Source: an uncultured Gemmatimonadales bacterium
GTDB taxonomy: Bacteria > Gemmatimonadota > Gemmatimonadetes > Longimicrobiales > Longimicrobiaceae
Direction: 5' to 3'
NCBI GenBank assembly: GCA_963716255.1
Contig: OY970303.1
Coordinates: 896,001 to 960,000 of the forward strand
DNA length: 64,000 bases
The position numbers and the translations under genes were made by a program. Under the pieces are notes generated by a model. The model was not told where the DNA came from and made no database searches. It saw only the letters and a program-made list of their open reading frames with translations. The stretch's first letter is position 1; the number at the start of each line of letters is the position of its first letter. Below are positions 8,708-18,511 of this stretch, one piece after another.

Positions 8708-9874
8708 TCAGCCGGCGAGGCCGGCGCGGTGGAGCGCCTGGTCCAGGTCGGCCACCAGGTCGTCCGGGTCCTCCAGGCCCACGTTGAGGCGCACCAGGCG
8801 GTCGCCGTAGGGGGTGCCGTGGGTGCGCTCCAGGTGGAACCAGGGGAGCGCCAGGCTGTGCACCCCTCCCCAGCTGAACCCCACCCGGAACAGCTCCAGC
8901 GCGTCCACGAAGGCGGCGATGGCCTCGCGGGCGGTCCCCGCGGCGAAGACGATGGAGAACACGCTGGTGGAGCCGGTGAAGTCGCGGCGCCACGTCTCGT
9001 GGCCCGGGCAGGAGGGGAGCGCCGGGTGCAGCACCGTGGCGACCGCGCTCCGGGTCGCCAGCCACCGGGCCACGTGGAGCGTGCCGCGCTCCAGCGCCGC
9101 CAGGCGGACGCCCAGCGTCTGCATCCCCCGCAACGCCAGGTAGCAGTCGTCGGGAGACACGGCCATCCCCAGGCGGTCGTGCACCACGCCCAGCCGCTCG
9201 TACGCCTCCGCGGTGCGCACGGTCACCGATCCCAGGAGCAGGTCGCTGTGCCCGCCCACGTACTTGGTGAGCGCCTGCAGGGCGACGTCCACGCCGTGCG
9301 CGAACGCGTCGAAGTACACGCCGGCCGAGTAGGTGTTGTCCAGCGCGACCACGGCGCCGTGGCGGTGCGCCGCCTCCGCGATCGCCGGGACGTCCTGCAC
9401 CTCCAGGGTCACCGAGCCCGGGCTCTCGCACCACACCAGCCGCGTGTTCGGGCGCATCAGCGCCTCGATCCCCGCGCCGGCCAGCGGGGGATAGTACTCG
9501 GCGTCCACGCCGAAGCGGCGCAGCACGTCCTCCGCGAGCTGGCGGGTGGGGCCGTACGCGCTGTCGGGGATCAGCACGTGGTCCCCCGCGGAGGTGAAGG
9601 CCAGAGCGACCAGGGAGATGGCGGCCTGGCCGCCCGGGGTGACGAAGGTGTGCGCGCCCCCCTCCAGCTCCGCGATGCGCGCCCCCAGCTCCCGCGTGGT
9701 CGGGGTGCCGTACAGCCCGTACGTGTACCCGGCCTCGTGCCGCCAGTCGTCCGTGACCTCCGCCGCGCCCGTGAACAGGGTGGTCGACCCGCGATACACC
9801 GGCGGGACCAGCGACCGGAAGCCCTCCTGCGGCCGCGCGTCGGAGTGGATCAGCTTCGTCGTCCACTTCTTCAT
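8708..9874 (-). CDS. metC: Cystathionine beta-lyase
   Basis: PPVYRGST, YGLYGTPT, ESPGS, DNTY, TKYVGGHSD, FSWGG, RLNVGLED motifs of the MetC family; alternative GTG start at 9904 overlapping the PHP gene stop. Confidence 0.85.
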   Translation of the reverse strand: MKKWTTKLIHSDARPQEGFRSLVPPVYRGSTTLFTGAAEVTDDWRHEAGYTYGLYGTPTTRELGARIAELEGGAHTFVTPGGQAAISLVALAFTSAGDHVLIPDSAYGPTRQLAEDVLRRFGVDAEYYPPLAGAGIEALMRPNTRLVWCESPGSVTLEVQDVPAIAEAAHRHGAVVALDNTYSAGVYFDAFAHGVDVALQALTKYVGGHSDLLLGSVTVRTAEAYERLGVVHDRLGMAVSPDDCYLALRGMQTLGVRLAALERGTLHVARWLATRSAVATVLHPALPSCPGHETWRRDFTGSTSVFSIVFAAGTAREAIAAFVDALELFRVGFSWGGVHSLALPWFHLERTHGTPYGDRLVRLNVGLEDPDDLVADLDQALHRAGLAG

Positions 9875-9900
9875 CGGCGCTCCGTCCTCCCGCGGGGCGG

Positions 9901-10575
9901 TCACGTTCGGCCCAGCCCCAGCATCTTGTGCACCTTGGCGTAGGTGGAGGCCGCGGCCACCAGCGGCGACGACACCCCCCGCCCCGCCACCCGACCGGCC
10001 CGCAGCGCGCCCAGCAGCCCCTCGCGCGTGGGCTCGAAGGGGGGCACCTCCATCCAGGCTCGCCCCATCTCCCCCAGCGAGTGCGAGTCCGAGCCGGCGC
10101 CCAGGAGCTTGCCGCGGTCCAGCGCCCAGCGCTCCCCGCGCAGGTTCACGCCGCGCTTCCAGGTGCGCGCGTTGTGCGCCTCCACCACGTCCACCAGGTC
10201 GGCCAGCTCGTCCAGCAGTCCCCCGCCCCCCGCGCGCCGCGTGTCGAAGGGGTGGGGCACGTACACCACCCCGCCCTGCGCGCGGATCCGCTCGCACGTC
10301 TCGCGCGCCGGAGTGCCCTTGGGGATGCGCTCCGTGAGCAGGATGCCGATGATGTCCGCGCCCTCGCGCGTCTTCACCTCCTCGCCCACCAGGATCCGCT
10401 CCGGGTCCATGCGGTGCAGCTCCTGCGCGGCGTGCACCTCGTTGTGGTCGGTGACCACCAGCCGGTCGATCCCCCGCTCGCGCGCGGTGGCGAGCACGCG
10501 CTCCGGCGGGCACAGGCAGTCGTGCGAGGCGCGCGTGTGCGAGTGCATGTCCAGGCGCAGGCGCCGCTCAGCCAA
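9901..10575 (-). CDS. PHP-domain metal-dependent phosphoesterase
   Basis: DMHSHT, VTDHN, GEEV, PHPFD, GSDSH motifs. Confidence 0.85.
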   Translation of the reverse strand: MAERRLRLDMHSHTRASHDCLCPPERVLATARERGIDRLVVTDHNEVHAAQELHRMDPERILVGEEVKTREGADIIGILLTERIPKGTPARETCERIRAQGGVVYVPHPFDTRRAGGGGLLDELADLVDVVEAHNARTWKRGVNLRGERWALDRGKLLGAGSDSHSLGEMGRAWMEVPPFEPTREGLLGALRAGRVAGRGVSSPLVAAASTYAKVHKMLGLGRT

Positions 10576-11183
10576 CGGCCGCCTCCGCGCGCCGCCCCAG
10601 CTCCGCCCACACCCCGGCGGCGCGGGCCTCCAGCTCCGCGGGGGAGCCCCCGTTCTCGATCACCACGTCGGCGCGGGCGCGCTTCAGCTCCGCGGGCATC
10701 TGCGCGTCGATCATCCGCACCGCCTCCTCGGGGTCCAGCCCGCGGTCCTCCACCAGCCGCCGCAGCCGCTCCTCCTCCGGGGCGTCCACCAGCACCACCA
10801 CGTTCGAACTCGTCCGCCATCCCCACCTCGAAGAGGAGGGGGACGTCGGCCACCACGCGCCGCTCGCCGCGCTCCTCGGCGAGGCGGTACTCCTCGCCGC
10901 GCAGCGCGTACACCGCCGGGTGGACGATCTCCTCCAGGCGGGCGCGCGCCTCCGGGTCCGCGAAGACGATGCGGCGCAGCGCCGCGCGGTCCAGCGTGCC
11001 GTCCGCGTCCAGCACCGCGGGGCCCCAGGCCTCCACGATGCGGGCGAGCCCCGGCGTCCCCGGCTCCACCGCCCGCCGGGCCAGCTCGTCCGCGTCCACC
11101 ACCGTCGCGCCCAGCGAGCGCCACACCCGGGCGACGCTCGACTTTCCCGCGGCGATGTTGCCGGTGAGTCCGATCCTGAGCAT
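10568..11183 (-). pseudogene. coaE: Dephospho-CoA kinase with a +1 frameshift near 10804 (probably a sequencing or assembly indel)
   Basis: IGLTGNIAAGKS P-loop, DAD, LDRAAL, VHP, DVPLLFE in one frame; VVLVDAPEE.R..RL..R and ADVVIEN.G continue in another; GAG TTC GAA CGT G would read EFDVV if one A were removed. Confidence 0.9.
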
Positions 11184-11336
11184 GGGCCTCCAGGGCGAGG
11201 GTGAGCGGCCGACCGGGGCGAAAGCTACGCCCCCGCGCCGGGCCGGGCAACGCGCGGCACCCAAGGACGAAGGGCCCCGGCGCGCGCGCGCCGGGGCCCC
11301 ACGGGCACCCGTCCCGACGTGGCGGAGGGCGTTCCC

Positions 11337-11708
11337 TCAGCTCCCCGCCGCCAGCGGCTCCAGGAGGTCGTCGGCGGTGCCGCGCACGCCGTCGCGCCCG
11401 GCGGAGCCCACGGCGAGCCCCGCACGCTCCTTCTTGAGGTAGAAGGGCACGCCCCACGGGTCCTCCGCCCCCCCTTCGCCGGGGTACCGCCGCGCCATGA
11501 ACTCCGGGAATTCCTTGGGCGTGGGGATGGGCCGCCCCGCGGCGCGGTCCGTCTGGATCATCCGCGCGATCTCCTGCAGGCGCGACTTGGTGGACCACTC
11601 GTACACGGGGTCGAGGGCCGGCTGGGCGTAGGGCTGAAGCCTGGCGCGGACGACGGGGCTGGCGAGCGCCGCGGCGGCGAGGACCAGGACGAACAGAACG
11701 CGACCCAT
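11337..11708 (-). CDS. Small membrane-anchored protein with GspG (T2SSG)-like C-terminal motif
   Basis: N-terminal hydrophobic helix; DPWG.PF...SAGRDG..GTADD. Confidence 0.65.
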   Translation of the reverse strand: MGRVLFVLVLAAAALASPVVRARLQPYAQPALDPVYEWSTKSRLQEIARMIQTDRAAGRPIPTPKEFPEFMARRYPGEGGAEDPWGVPFYLKKERAGLAVGSAGRDGVRGTADDLLEPLAAGS

Positions 11709-11809
11709 GGCTGGATCCTGAGAGGGGGGGACGGCGGGGGGAGGAGGGGTCGGGCGACTCCCAATGTAATCCCCGGCCCCGGCCGTGTAAACCTCGGCGG
11801 AGCTGCCAC

Positions 11810-12805
11810 CTACCCGCCCCCGGCCCGGAACTCGGCGGCGCCGTCCTCCCGCGCCGCCTCGTGGGCGCGCCCCGCCAGCACCAGCCGGTCCAGGTGCGCC
11901 AGCGTCTCGCGGAGGGCGTGCATCATCACCGCGGGCGGGTACTCGGGGTGCGGGTGCCGCAGCCGCGCGGCCTCCCAGGCGGTGCACGGGCCCTCCGCCA
12001 CCAGCGCCGCCACCGCCTCCGTCTCCTCCTCCGCGGAGCGCCGCAGTTCCGCGATACGCTCCGCCGGCGCGTCGATGGGCTCGCCGTGGCCGGGGAGCAC
12101 CCGCCCCGGGCCGAGGGCGTCCAGCCGGTCCAGCGCGCCCAGGTAGTCCCCCACCGGGTCCGGCCGCTGGCGGTTCACCCCCAGGGTGGGGGTGATGCGG
12201 GGGAGCACCGCGTCGCCCGCCACCAGCACTCCGTCCTCCTGCCGGAAGAGCGACACGTGCCCCGCGGTGTGCCCGGGCGTCCACACCCACCGCCACCCCG
12301 GCGCCTCCGCCAGCTCGCCCCCCTCTCCCGCCAGCGCCGCGTCCGCCGGCACGAAAGCCGAGAACGGGTCCGCTTCCCTGCGGCTCTGCTCCACGCCGGC
12401 CCCCAGCGCCGCCAGCGCCCCGCCCCGCCGCAGCAGCCGGACACGGTAGGCGGCCTCATCCTCCGGGTGGGCGCGCGCGTGCGCCATGCGCTCCGCGTCC
12501 AGCGCCCCCATCAGCAGCCGCGCCCCCGACGCCGCGCGCACCCGCTCCACCAGCCCCACGTGGTCCAGGTGCATGTGCGTCACCAGGTGCGCCGTGACGC
12601 CCTCCCACCCGCCCGCGGCCGCGCGGACGGCCTCGTCCAGCTCGACCCACGCCTCGCCGGTGTTGGCGCCGCCGTCCACCAGCATCCACCCCTCGCCCGC
12701 GCGGAGCAGGTAGGCGTGGACGAAGCGCGGGCGAAAGGGGAGCGGCGTGGTGACGCGCCAGACGCCGGGGGCGAGGAGGACGGGGCGCGCGGGGAGTTCG
12801 GTCAT
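11810..12805 (-). CDS. MBL-fold metallo-hydrolase
   Basis: LVDGG, THMHLDHVG (HxHxDH), PGHTAGH, GDAVL, PGHG. Confidence 0.9.
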   Translation of the reverse strand: MTELPARPVLLAPGVWRVTTPLPFRPRFVHAYLLRAGEGWMLVDGGANTGEAWVELDEAVRAAAGGWEGVTAHLVTHMHLDHVGLVERVRAASGARLLMGALDAERMAHARAHPEDEAAYRVRLLRRGGALAALGAGVEQSRREADPFSAFVPADAALAGEGGELAEAPGWRWVWTPGHTAGHVSLFRQEDGVLVAGDAVLPRITPTLGVNRQRPDPVGDYLGALDRLDALGPGRVLPGHGEPIDAPAERIAELRRSAEEETEAVAALVAEGPCTAWEAARLRHPHPEYPPAVMMHALRETLAHLDRLVLAGRAHEAAREDGAAEFRAGGG

Positions 12806-12962
12806 GGCGGCGGCGCGGGGACGTGGGACGGACGTGGTCCCCCCGAAGATAGCGGCCGCGCCCCCCGTCGCCAGGGAGCCGCGAGACCGCCGCTCGCCGC
12901 CGGCGGCGCGCGCCCGTAGATTGGCGCCGCGCCGGCTCCCCTCTCCACCCTCCGCCCCGCAC

Positions 12963-13883
12963 ATGCGCGACGCCACCGCCGCCGATCCGCCCGGCCGTCC
13001 CCTCCGGGCGCTGCTCCTGTACCTCGCCGCCGTGTTCGTGGGCGGGGCGCTGCTGGCGCCGTGGCTGTACGCCGCGGTGCAGGCGCTGGCGCCGCACTCG
13101 CCCGCGCTGGAGAAGCTGGCGGAGATGAAGTTCGCGCGCTACGTGAACCGCGCGCTCCTGGTGCTGGCGCTCGTGGGGCTGCCGTTCTTCGTGCGGGGGG
13201 CGGGGATCCGCAGCTGGGCCGACGCCGGAATCGACCCGCGCCGCTTCGCCTGGCGGCGCTTCGGGGCGGGCTTCGCGCTGGGGCTCGTGTCGCTGGCTGC
13301 GGTCTGCGCGGCCGCGCTGCTGGCGGGCGGACGGCGGCTGGCGGTGGGCGCCACGGCCGGCGAGCTGGCGGTGGAGGCCGCGGGCGCGCTGCTCACCGGC
13401 ATCGTGGTGGGGGTGATGGAGGAGCTGCTCTTCCGCGGCGCCATGTTCGGGGGGCTGCGCCGCGCCATGCGCTGGCCGGCGGCGCTGCTGCTGTCCAGCG
13501 CCGTCTACGCCATCGTACACTTCATGGGGCGCCCGGCCGACCCGCCGGAGGTGACCTGGCTCTCCGGGCTGCGGACGCTGCCGGGGATGCTCGCCGGGAT
13601 GGCGGAGCTGCACCGCATCGTCCCGGAGCTGCTGACCCTCACGCTGGCGGGGGTGATCCTGGGCCTGGCCTACCAGCGCACCGGCGACCTGGCGGCCTCC
13701 ATCGGCATCCACGCGGGGTGGATCTTCTGGCTGCGCTTCTACGCCCTGCTCACGGACTCCGTGCCGGGCGCGGACCCGTGGTTCTGGGGGACGCAGAAGC
13801 TGATCGACGGCTGGCTGGCGCTCGCGGCGATCGTGCTGGTGCTCGCGGCGGTGGTGGCGTCGGGGCGGAGGGAGAGGAGCTGA
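12963..13883 (+). CDS. CPBP/Abi (CAAX) family intramembrane metalloprotease
   Basis: Multiple TM helices; EELLFRG, Y..VH, IGIHAGW motifs. Confidence 0.85.
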   Translation: MRDATAADPPGRPLRALLLYLAAVFVGGALLAPWLYAAVQALAPHSPALEKLAEMKFARYVNRALLVLALVGLPFFVRGAGIRSWADAGIDPRRFAWRRFGAGFALGLVSLAAVCAAALLAGGRRLAVGATAGELAVEAAGALLTGIVVGVMEELLFRGAMFGGLRRAMRWPAALLLSSAVYAIVHFMGRPADPPEVTWLSGLRTLPGMLAGMAELHRIVPELLTLTLAGVILGLAYQRTGDLAASIGIHAGWIFWLRFYALLTDSVPGADPWFWGTQKLIDGWLALAAIVLVLAAVVASGRRERS

Positions 13884-13916
13884 TACCGGATTTTGCCAGA
13901 TCGGGGTGGACGGCCG

Positions 13917-14051
13917 GGGTTCGGGCGGGCCCCCGGCTGGCGCCGGGGTCGGGCTTCGGCTCCGTAACGCAGCAAACAACGCTGCGTAACGGAGTCGAGC
14001 CCCGGCAAACCGCCGCCGGGTCTCGCCCCTTCGGGCCGAAATCCCTCACGC
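13917..14051 (-). repeat. Family A element, copy A3, followed by palindrome C at 14081-14134
   Basis: Reverse-complement full copy; stems CCCGGC/GCCGGG and ACGCAGC/GCTGCGT. Confidence 0.95.
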
Positions 14052-14163
14052 GGGTTTTGCGCTGGCGCCCGCGAGGGTGGGCCCCCTCACCCCCCGGCCC
14101 CCTCTCCCCCGCAAGCGGGGGAAAGGGGGAGAACCGCACGGCCTCCCGGCCCCGGCCGCGCGG

Positions 14164-14397
14164 TCAGAACCGCTGGCAGGTGCAGCAGCCGTCCTCGCAG
14201 GGCGAGGACAGGGGATACCCGGCGGCCGCGCAGACCGACGGGCAGTCGGCCCAGCAGTAGGTGCCGAGGGGGAACTCGTTCTCGCCGTCGCAGCTCTTCC
14301 CGGGGCCCGCGAAGGCCTCGGTCGCGCCGAAGCCGAGGGCCGCCAGGACCCCCGCGGCGAAGAGTCCGCGCCGCCCCCGTTCCAGGTACTCGCGCAT
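14164..14397 (-). CDS. Secreted 8-Cys peptide, defensin-like
   Basis: GGAGG RBS; signal peptide ending AFA; mature GPGKSCDGENEFPLGTYCWADCPSVCAAAGYPLSSPCEDGCCTCQRF. Confidence 0.75.
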   Translation of the reverse strand: MREYLERGRRGLFAAGVLAALGFGATEAFAGPGKSCDGENEFPLGTYCWADCPSVCAAAGYPLSSPCEDGCCTCQRF

Positions 14398-14590
14398 ACG
14401 CCACCTCCGGTCGGACAGGGTGTCGAAGCCCGCGGGACGCCCGGCGGCGAAGCGCCGAGGCGGGCGTCCCGCCACCCAAAGGTGGTCGCGGCGCCGCCGC
14501 GCGACAAGCAAACTTCTGTGTCGGAGCGCCGCGGGCCGCGCCCCCACGGGAGGAGGCGCGGCCCTGGTCCTGCCCGGCAAGGTGCGCGCT

Positions 14591-14815
14591 CTACGAGATC
14601 CCGATGCAGACGCACTCCCCGGTGAGCCGGTCGCACTTCCCGGTCGTGTACCCCGAGGTCGTGCACTGGACGTTGCACGTCACGTTGTTGCACACCCGCT
14701 CGGCCGTGTCCCGCACGGCCGGGCCCGCAAACGCCTGCACCGCCCCGAAGCCGAGCGTGCCCACGAAAGCGAGCGCCGCGAAGGCGCGGCCGGTCCGTCC
14801 CATGGTGCCTTTCAT
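14591..14815 (-). CDS. Secreted 6-Cys peptide with CS-alpha-beta defensin cysteine pattern
   Basis: GGAGG RBS; signal peptide ending AFA; C-x4-C-x3-C-x9-C-x6-C-x-C with GKC gamma-core. Confidence 0.8.
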   Translation of the reverse strand: MKGTMGRTGRAFAALAFVGTLGFGAVQAFAGPAVRDTAERVCNNVTCNVQCTTSGYTTGKCDRLTGECVCIGIS

Positions 14816-15024
14816 GAATCCCTCCGCGATGAAGTGGTCCGCCGGCCCGGCCGTACGCCGTGACCGCGCGAAACGGAATCTGGCGCGCGGGGAGCGGAAA
14901 TCCAGCGGCGGGGGGCAGACCGGCGGGAACCGGGGGCGAGGACCATTCAAGCAGGGGCGGAGCCCGGCGGATCACGCGGAAGCGAGTCGCAATCCCGCCC
15001 GCTCCCGCCACCGCTCCGAACCCC

Positions 15025-15159
15025 GCGTGAGGGATTCCGGCCCGAAGGGGCGAGACCGCGCGGCTGTTTGCGCGGGCTCGACTCCGTTAGCCCGCGTTGT
15101 TTGCGGGCTTACGGAGCCGAAGCCCGACCCCGGCGCCAGCCGGGGGCACGCCCGCACCC
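15025..15159 (+). repeat. Family A element, copy A4
   Basis: Full colinear copy. Confidence 0.95.
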
Positions 15160-15194
15160 GCCGCGTCCGTAAGCAGTTCAATCAGTTCAAGCCC

Positions 15195-15956
15195 TCAACA
15201 GCCGAACGCCTCCCTGACTCGCTCCCGGTAGCCGCGGCTGGACTGGACCCGGGTCCCATCCCCCAGCACCAGCAGGAACTCCCCCAGCCCCCACGACTCG
15301 ATGCTGCGCACCCGGTCCACGTTGACCATCGTGGACCGGTGGACACGGGCGAAGCGCCGCGGGTCGAGGGTGCGCTCCATGGCCGCCAGCGTCTCGCGCA
15401 TCAGGTGCGACGCCGCGCCCACGTGCAGGCGCACGTAGTTGTCCTCGGCCTGGATCCAGTCCACGTCCGCCACGGGGACCACGACGTAGCGCGTCCCGGT
15501 GCGCACCGTGAGCCGCTCCGGGAAGGCGCCCGGGGCGGGGAGGCCCCGCAGCAGAGCCAGGACGCTCGCGTCCAGTCCGGGCCCGCCCGACGCGATCCGC
15601 TCCCGCGCGCGCTCCATCGCGGTCCGCACGCGCTCCTCGTCGAAGGGCTTGAGCAGGTAGTCGAGCGCGCCCACCTCGAACGCCCGCAACGCGAAGGCGT
15701 CGTACGCCGTCGCGAACACCACGAACGGCATCCGCTCGGGGCCCACCTCGCGGATCACGTCGAAGCCGCCCGTCCCCGGCATCTGCACGTCCAGGAAGAC
15801 CAGGTCCGGGGCGACCGCGCGGATCGCGGCGACCGCCTCGTCCCCGTCCGCGCACTCCCCCTCCACCCATACGTCGCGCTCGGCAGCCAGCAGCTGCCGG
15901 AGCCGCTCCCTGGCGAGCGGCTCGTCGTCGACGATCAGCGTCCGGATCTTCTTCAT
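15195..15956 (-). CDS. LytTR family response regulator
   Basis: IVDDEPLAR, FLDVQMP, TAYD, DYLLKP receiver; AEDNYV..H and FARVHRSTMVN LytTR domain. Confidence 0.95.
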   Translation of the reverse strand: MKKIRTLIVDDEPLARERLRQLLAAERDVWVEGECADGDEAVAAIRAVAPDLVFLDVQMPGTGGFDVIREVGPERMPFVVFATAYDAFALRAFEVGALDYLLKPFDEERVRTAMERARERIASGGPGLDASVLALLRGLPAPGAFPERLTVRTGTRYVVVPVADVDWIQAEDNYVRLHVGAASHLMRETLAAMERTLDPRRFARVHRSTMVNVDRVRSIESWGLGEFLLVLGDGTRVQSSRGYRERVREAFGC

Positions 15957-15963
15957 GTCCACG

Positions 15964-17088
15964 TCATTCGCCCTGGTTCGCGTACCGCAGCGGAAGGGTG
16001 ATCTCCACGCGCGTCCCTCCGCCTTCCTCGGGCCCGATCCGGAAGCGGTGCGCCGGGCCGTACAGCGCCGCCAGCCGGGCGCGGGTGTTCGCCAGGCCGA
16101 TCCCGTTGCCGCTCCCCGGCCGCCCTTCGGCGTACCCCGCCCCGTCGTCCCGGACGACGAGCCGGAGACCGCCGTCACCCAGGGCGGCCCGCACCTCCAC
16201 CCGCCCCGGTCCGCGCCGGCGGGAGATGCCGTGGCGGATGGCGTTCTCCACCAGGGGCTGCAGGAGGAGGTGGGGAACCAGCGCTCCCCTCGCCGCGGGG
16301 TCGACGTGAACCTCCACGCCCAGCCGGCCGCCGAAGCGCACCCGCTCGATCCCGGCGTACAGCTCCAGTACGCGCAGCTCCTGCTCCAGCGGCACCTCCT
16401 GCTGCGCCCCGCGCTCCAGGGTGGTCGCCAGCAGGTCGCGCAGCAGGCCGAGCACCGTGCGCGCCGTGTCCACGTCGCGGTACATGAGGGTGGAGACCGA
16501 CTGGAGCGTGTTGAAGAGAAAGTGCGGGTGGAGCTGCATCTTCAGCGCGGAAAGCCGCGCGTCGGCCAGCTGCGCCTCCATGCGCCTTTCCGACAGCTCC
16601 CGCTCGCCGTGCCGCCGGGCGAGCTGCAGCGCGTAGCCGAGCCCCAGCAGCCCCAGGTACGCCGTGCCGATGTTCGGCACCACCGTGAACAGCGCCGGAA
16701 AGGACGAGCACACCCCCAGCGGGAACCGGCACCAGATCCCCCGCGTCAGCACGAACCAGCCGAGGACCACCCCCACCGCCGACAGGGCGACCATCCCCAG
16801 GTTCCGCCACCGCCCCCTGCCCAGGGGGAAGCGCTCGGCCACCGCGAGCGCCGCCATGCACATCGCCAGCAGGATCCCCGTCTGCCACGCCGCGGTGACG
16901 ACGCTCCCCCACACCCGGTACGGCAGGGGAGCGCCCTCCATCCGGTGGTACTTCACCGCCAGCATGATCGCCGCGAACACCGTCCAGAACGCCCAGAACA
17001 TCCGCCGCGCCAGCGGATCCCCCAGCACCACCGCCACGCCCGGGATCCACGGGAGCCCGGAGACCGCCCCCCCCGCGCGCGCCCTCAC
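15964..17088 (-). CDS. LytS/YehU-type sensor histidine kinase
   Basis: TM helices; LKMQLHPHFLFNTL H-box, QPLVENAIRHG N-box, DDGAG, GIGLAN; GTG start overlaps upstream TGA. Confidence 0.9.
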   Translation of the reverse strand: MRARAGGAVSGLPWIPGVAVVLGDPLARRMFWAFWTVFAAIMLAVKYHRMEGAPLPYRVWGSVVTAAWQTGILLAMCMAALAVAERFPLGRGRWRNLGMVALSAVGVVLGWFVLTRGIWCRFPLGVCSSFPALFTVVPNIGTAYLGLLGLGYALQLARRHGERELSERRMEAQLADARLSALKMQLHPHFLFNTLQSVSTLMYRDVDTARTVLGLLRDLLATTLERGAQQEVPLEQELRVLELYAGIERVRFGGRLGVEVHVDPAARGALVPHLLLQPLVENAIRHGISRRRGPGRVEVRAALGDGGLRLVVRDDGAGYAEGRPGSGNGIGLANTRARLAALYGPAHRFRIGPEEGGGTRVEITLPLRYANQGE

Positions 17089-18239
17089 TGCGGCCCCGCG
17101 GCCAGTCGCAGCGGAAGGCTCAGCGTGGCCGCGACTCCGCCGCCGGGGAGGTCCGCCAGCGTCCAGCCCTGCCCTTCCCCGAAGCGCCGCTCCAGCATCG
17201 CGTTCACGAGCTGCACGTCGCGCCACGCCGGACGGGCGCGCCGCTCGGCGGCGGAGGCCCGCCCCGGGTCCCGGACCTCCACCCGGAGCGACTCCCCGTC
17301 CCGGCGCGCGGCGACCTCCACCTCCGGCGCCCCCTCCGTGATGCCGCCCGCCTCGCTCCAGGCCTGCTCGATCAGCGGGAAGACCGACATGTGGGGCACC
17401 AGCGCGAGGTGCGCGGGGGGGTCCAGCGCCGTGCGCAGCCCCACGGGGCCGGGGCCGCGGCACGTCCGCTCGATCTCCAGGTACAGCCGGGCGAAACCCA
17501 TCTCCTCCCCCAGTGCCACTTCGTCCGTGGCGGTGCCGGCGAAGGTGGCCCGCAGCACCTCGCTCAGGCGGACCAGCAGTCGGTCCGCCTCGCGGACGTC
17601 ACGGTCCATCCGCCCGGAGATCGCGTCCAGGGCGGCGAAGAGGAACCGCGGCTGCAGGCGGCCCCTGGCGCTCCGGAAGCGGGCCTCGGCGAGCTCCGCT
17701 TCTCGCCGGGAGAGCGCCAGGGCGGCCTCCCGCTCGCGGAGGGCGTAGCGGATCGCGTAGCCGGTGCCCACCAGCGCCGTCACGATCAGCGTCTGCATGG
17801 GGATCGCGCTCGCCAGGTCGAACCAGGTGATGCGGGACGGCGTCCACTCGGCCCGGTAGAACACTTCCGTGATCCCGGCGAAGCGGAGCTTCGCCACCAG
17901 CAGCGACACGCCCAGGATCGCCGCCACCCCTCCGCGCCAGCGCCGCCGGTCCAGGGGAAGCATCCACGCCACCGCCAGCGCCGTGGGTCCCAGGAGCCCC
18001 CAGCTCGCCGCGTCCACGGCGGCCATGAGGAGCCCCCACGCCAGCCAGTTGGGCACGCCGATCCCCCGGAGCCCCAGGGAGTACGTCATCCAGTCGAAGG
18101 GGAAGGCGAGGAGGAAGAGTCCCAGGAAGGCGGCCCAGGGGATCGGGCCCCGGAACAGCTCCCGCACCGTGCCGGGCGAGGAGCCGGTGCCCGCGGGCGC
18201 CCGCGGGGCGTGCTCGTGGAAGGGAGAAGGATCGGTCAC
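17085..18239 (-). CDS. LytS-type histidine-kinase paralog with degenerate catalytic motifs
   Basis: TM helices; [11 protein letters not shown] replaces the H-box, PLIEQA replaces PLVENA, RDPG replaces DDG.G; start uncertain. Confidence 0.75.
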   Translation of the reverse strand: MTDPSPFHEHAPRAPAGTGSSPGTVRELFRGPIPWAAFLGLFLLAFPFDWMTYSLGLRGIGVPNWLAWGLLMAAVDAASWGLLGPTALAVAWMLPLDRRRWRGGVAAILGVSLLVAKLRFAGITEVFYRAEWTPSRITWFDLASAIPMQTLIVTALVGTGYAIRYALREREAALALSRREAELAEARFRSARGRLQPRFLFAALDAISGRMDRDVREADRLLVRLSEVLRATFAGTATDEVALGEEMGFARLYLEIERTCRGPGPVGLRTALDPPAHLALVPHMSVFPLIEQAWSEAGGITEGAPEVEVAARRDGESLRVEVRDPGRASAAERRARPAWRDVQLVNAMLERRFGEGQGWTLADLPGGGVAATLSLPLRLAAGPQ

Positions 18240-18511
18240 GTGCGGGAGTATCGGCCGGGGGACGGGCGAGGTGGAGACCGGACCCGGTTTACACCCGTGA
18301 GGCGCGGTCCCGTTCCCCGGGCGCCGCCGGGCCGCCGGGGCCGGCGCGCGGCGGCGTTTTTCGAACACGCGCGTCGAACGCGTGTACGAGTGGCCGCGAA
18401 AACCCTGGCCCGGATCTTCCCGGGAGCGTATCTTCCCGTGCTTTCAGCGTCGAAGCGCACCCGGTGCCCCGCGGCCGCGCGCCGCCCCGAACCGTTCTCC
18501 ATCGCGACACC

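Noticed and set aside
15174..15191. CAGTTCAA-T-CAGTTCAA repeat resembling an AgrA/LytTR box
   Set aside because: The 9-bp period does not fit the ~21-bp LytTR spacing, and it is separated from the peptide genes by element A4
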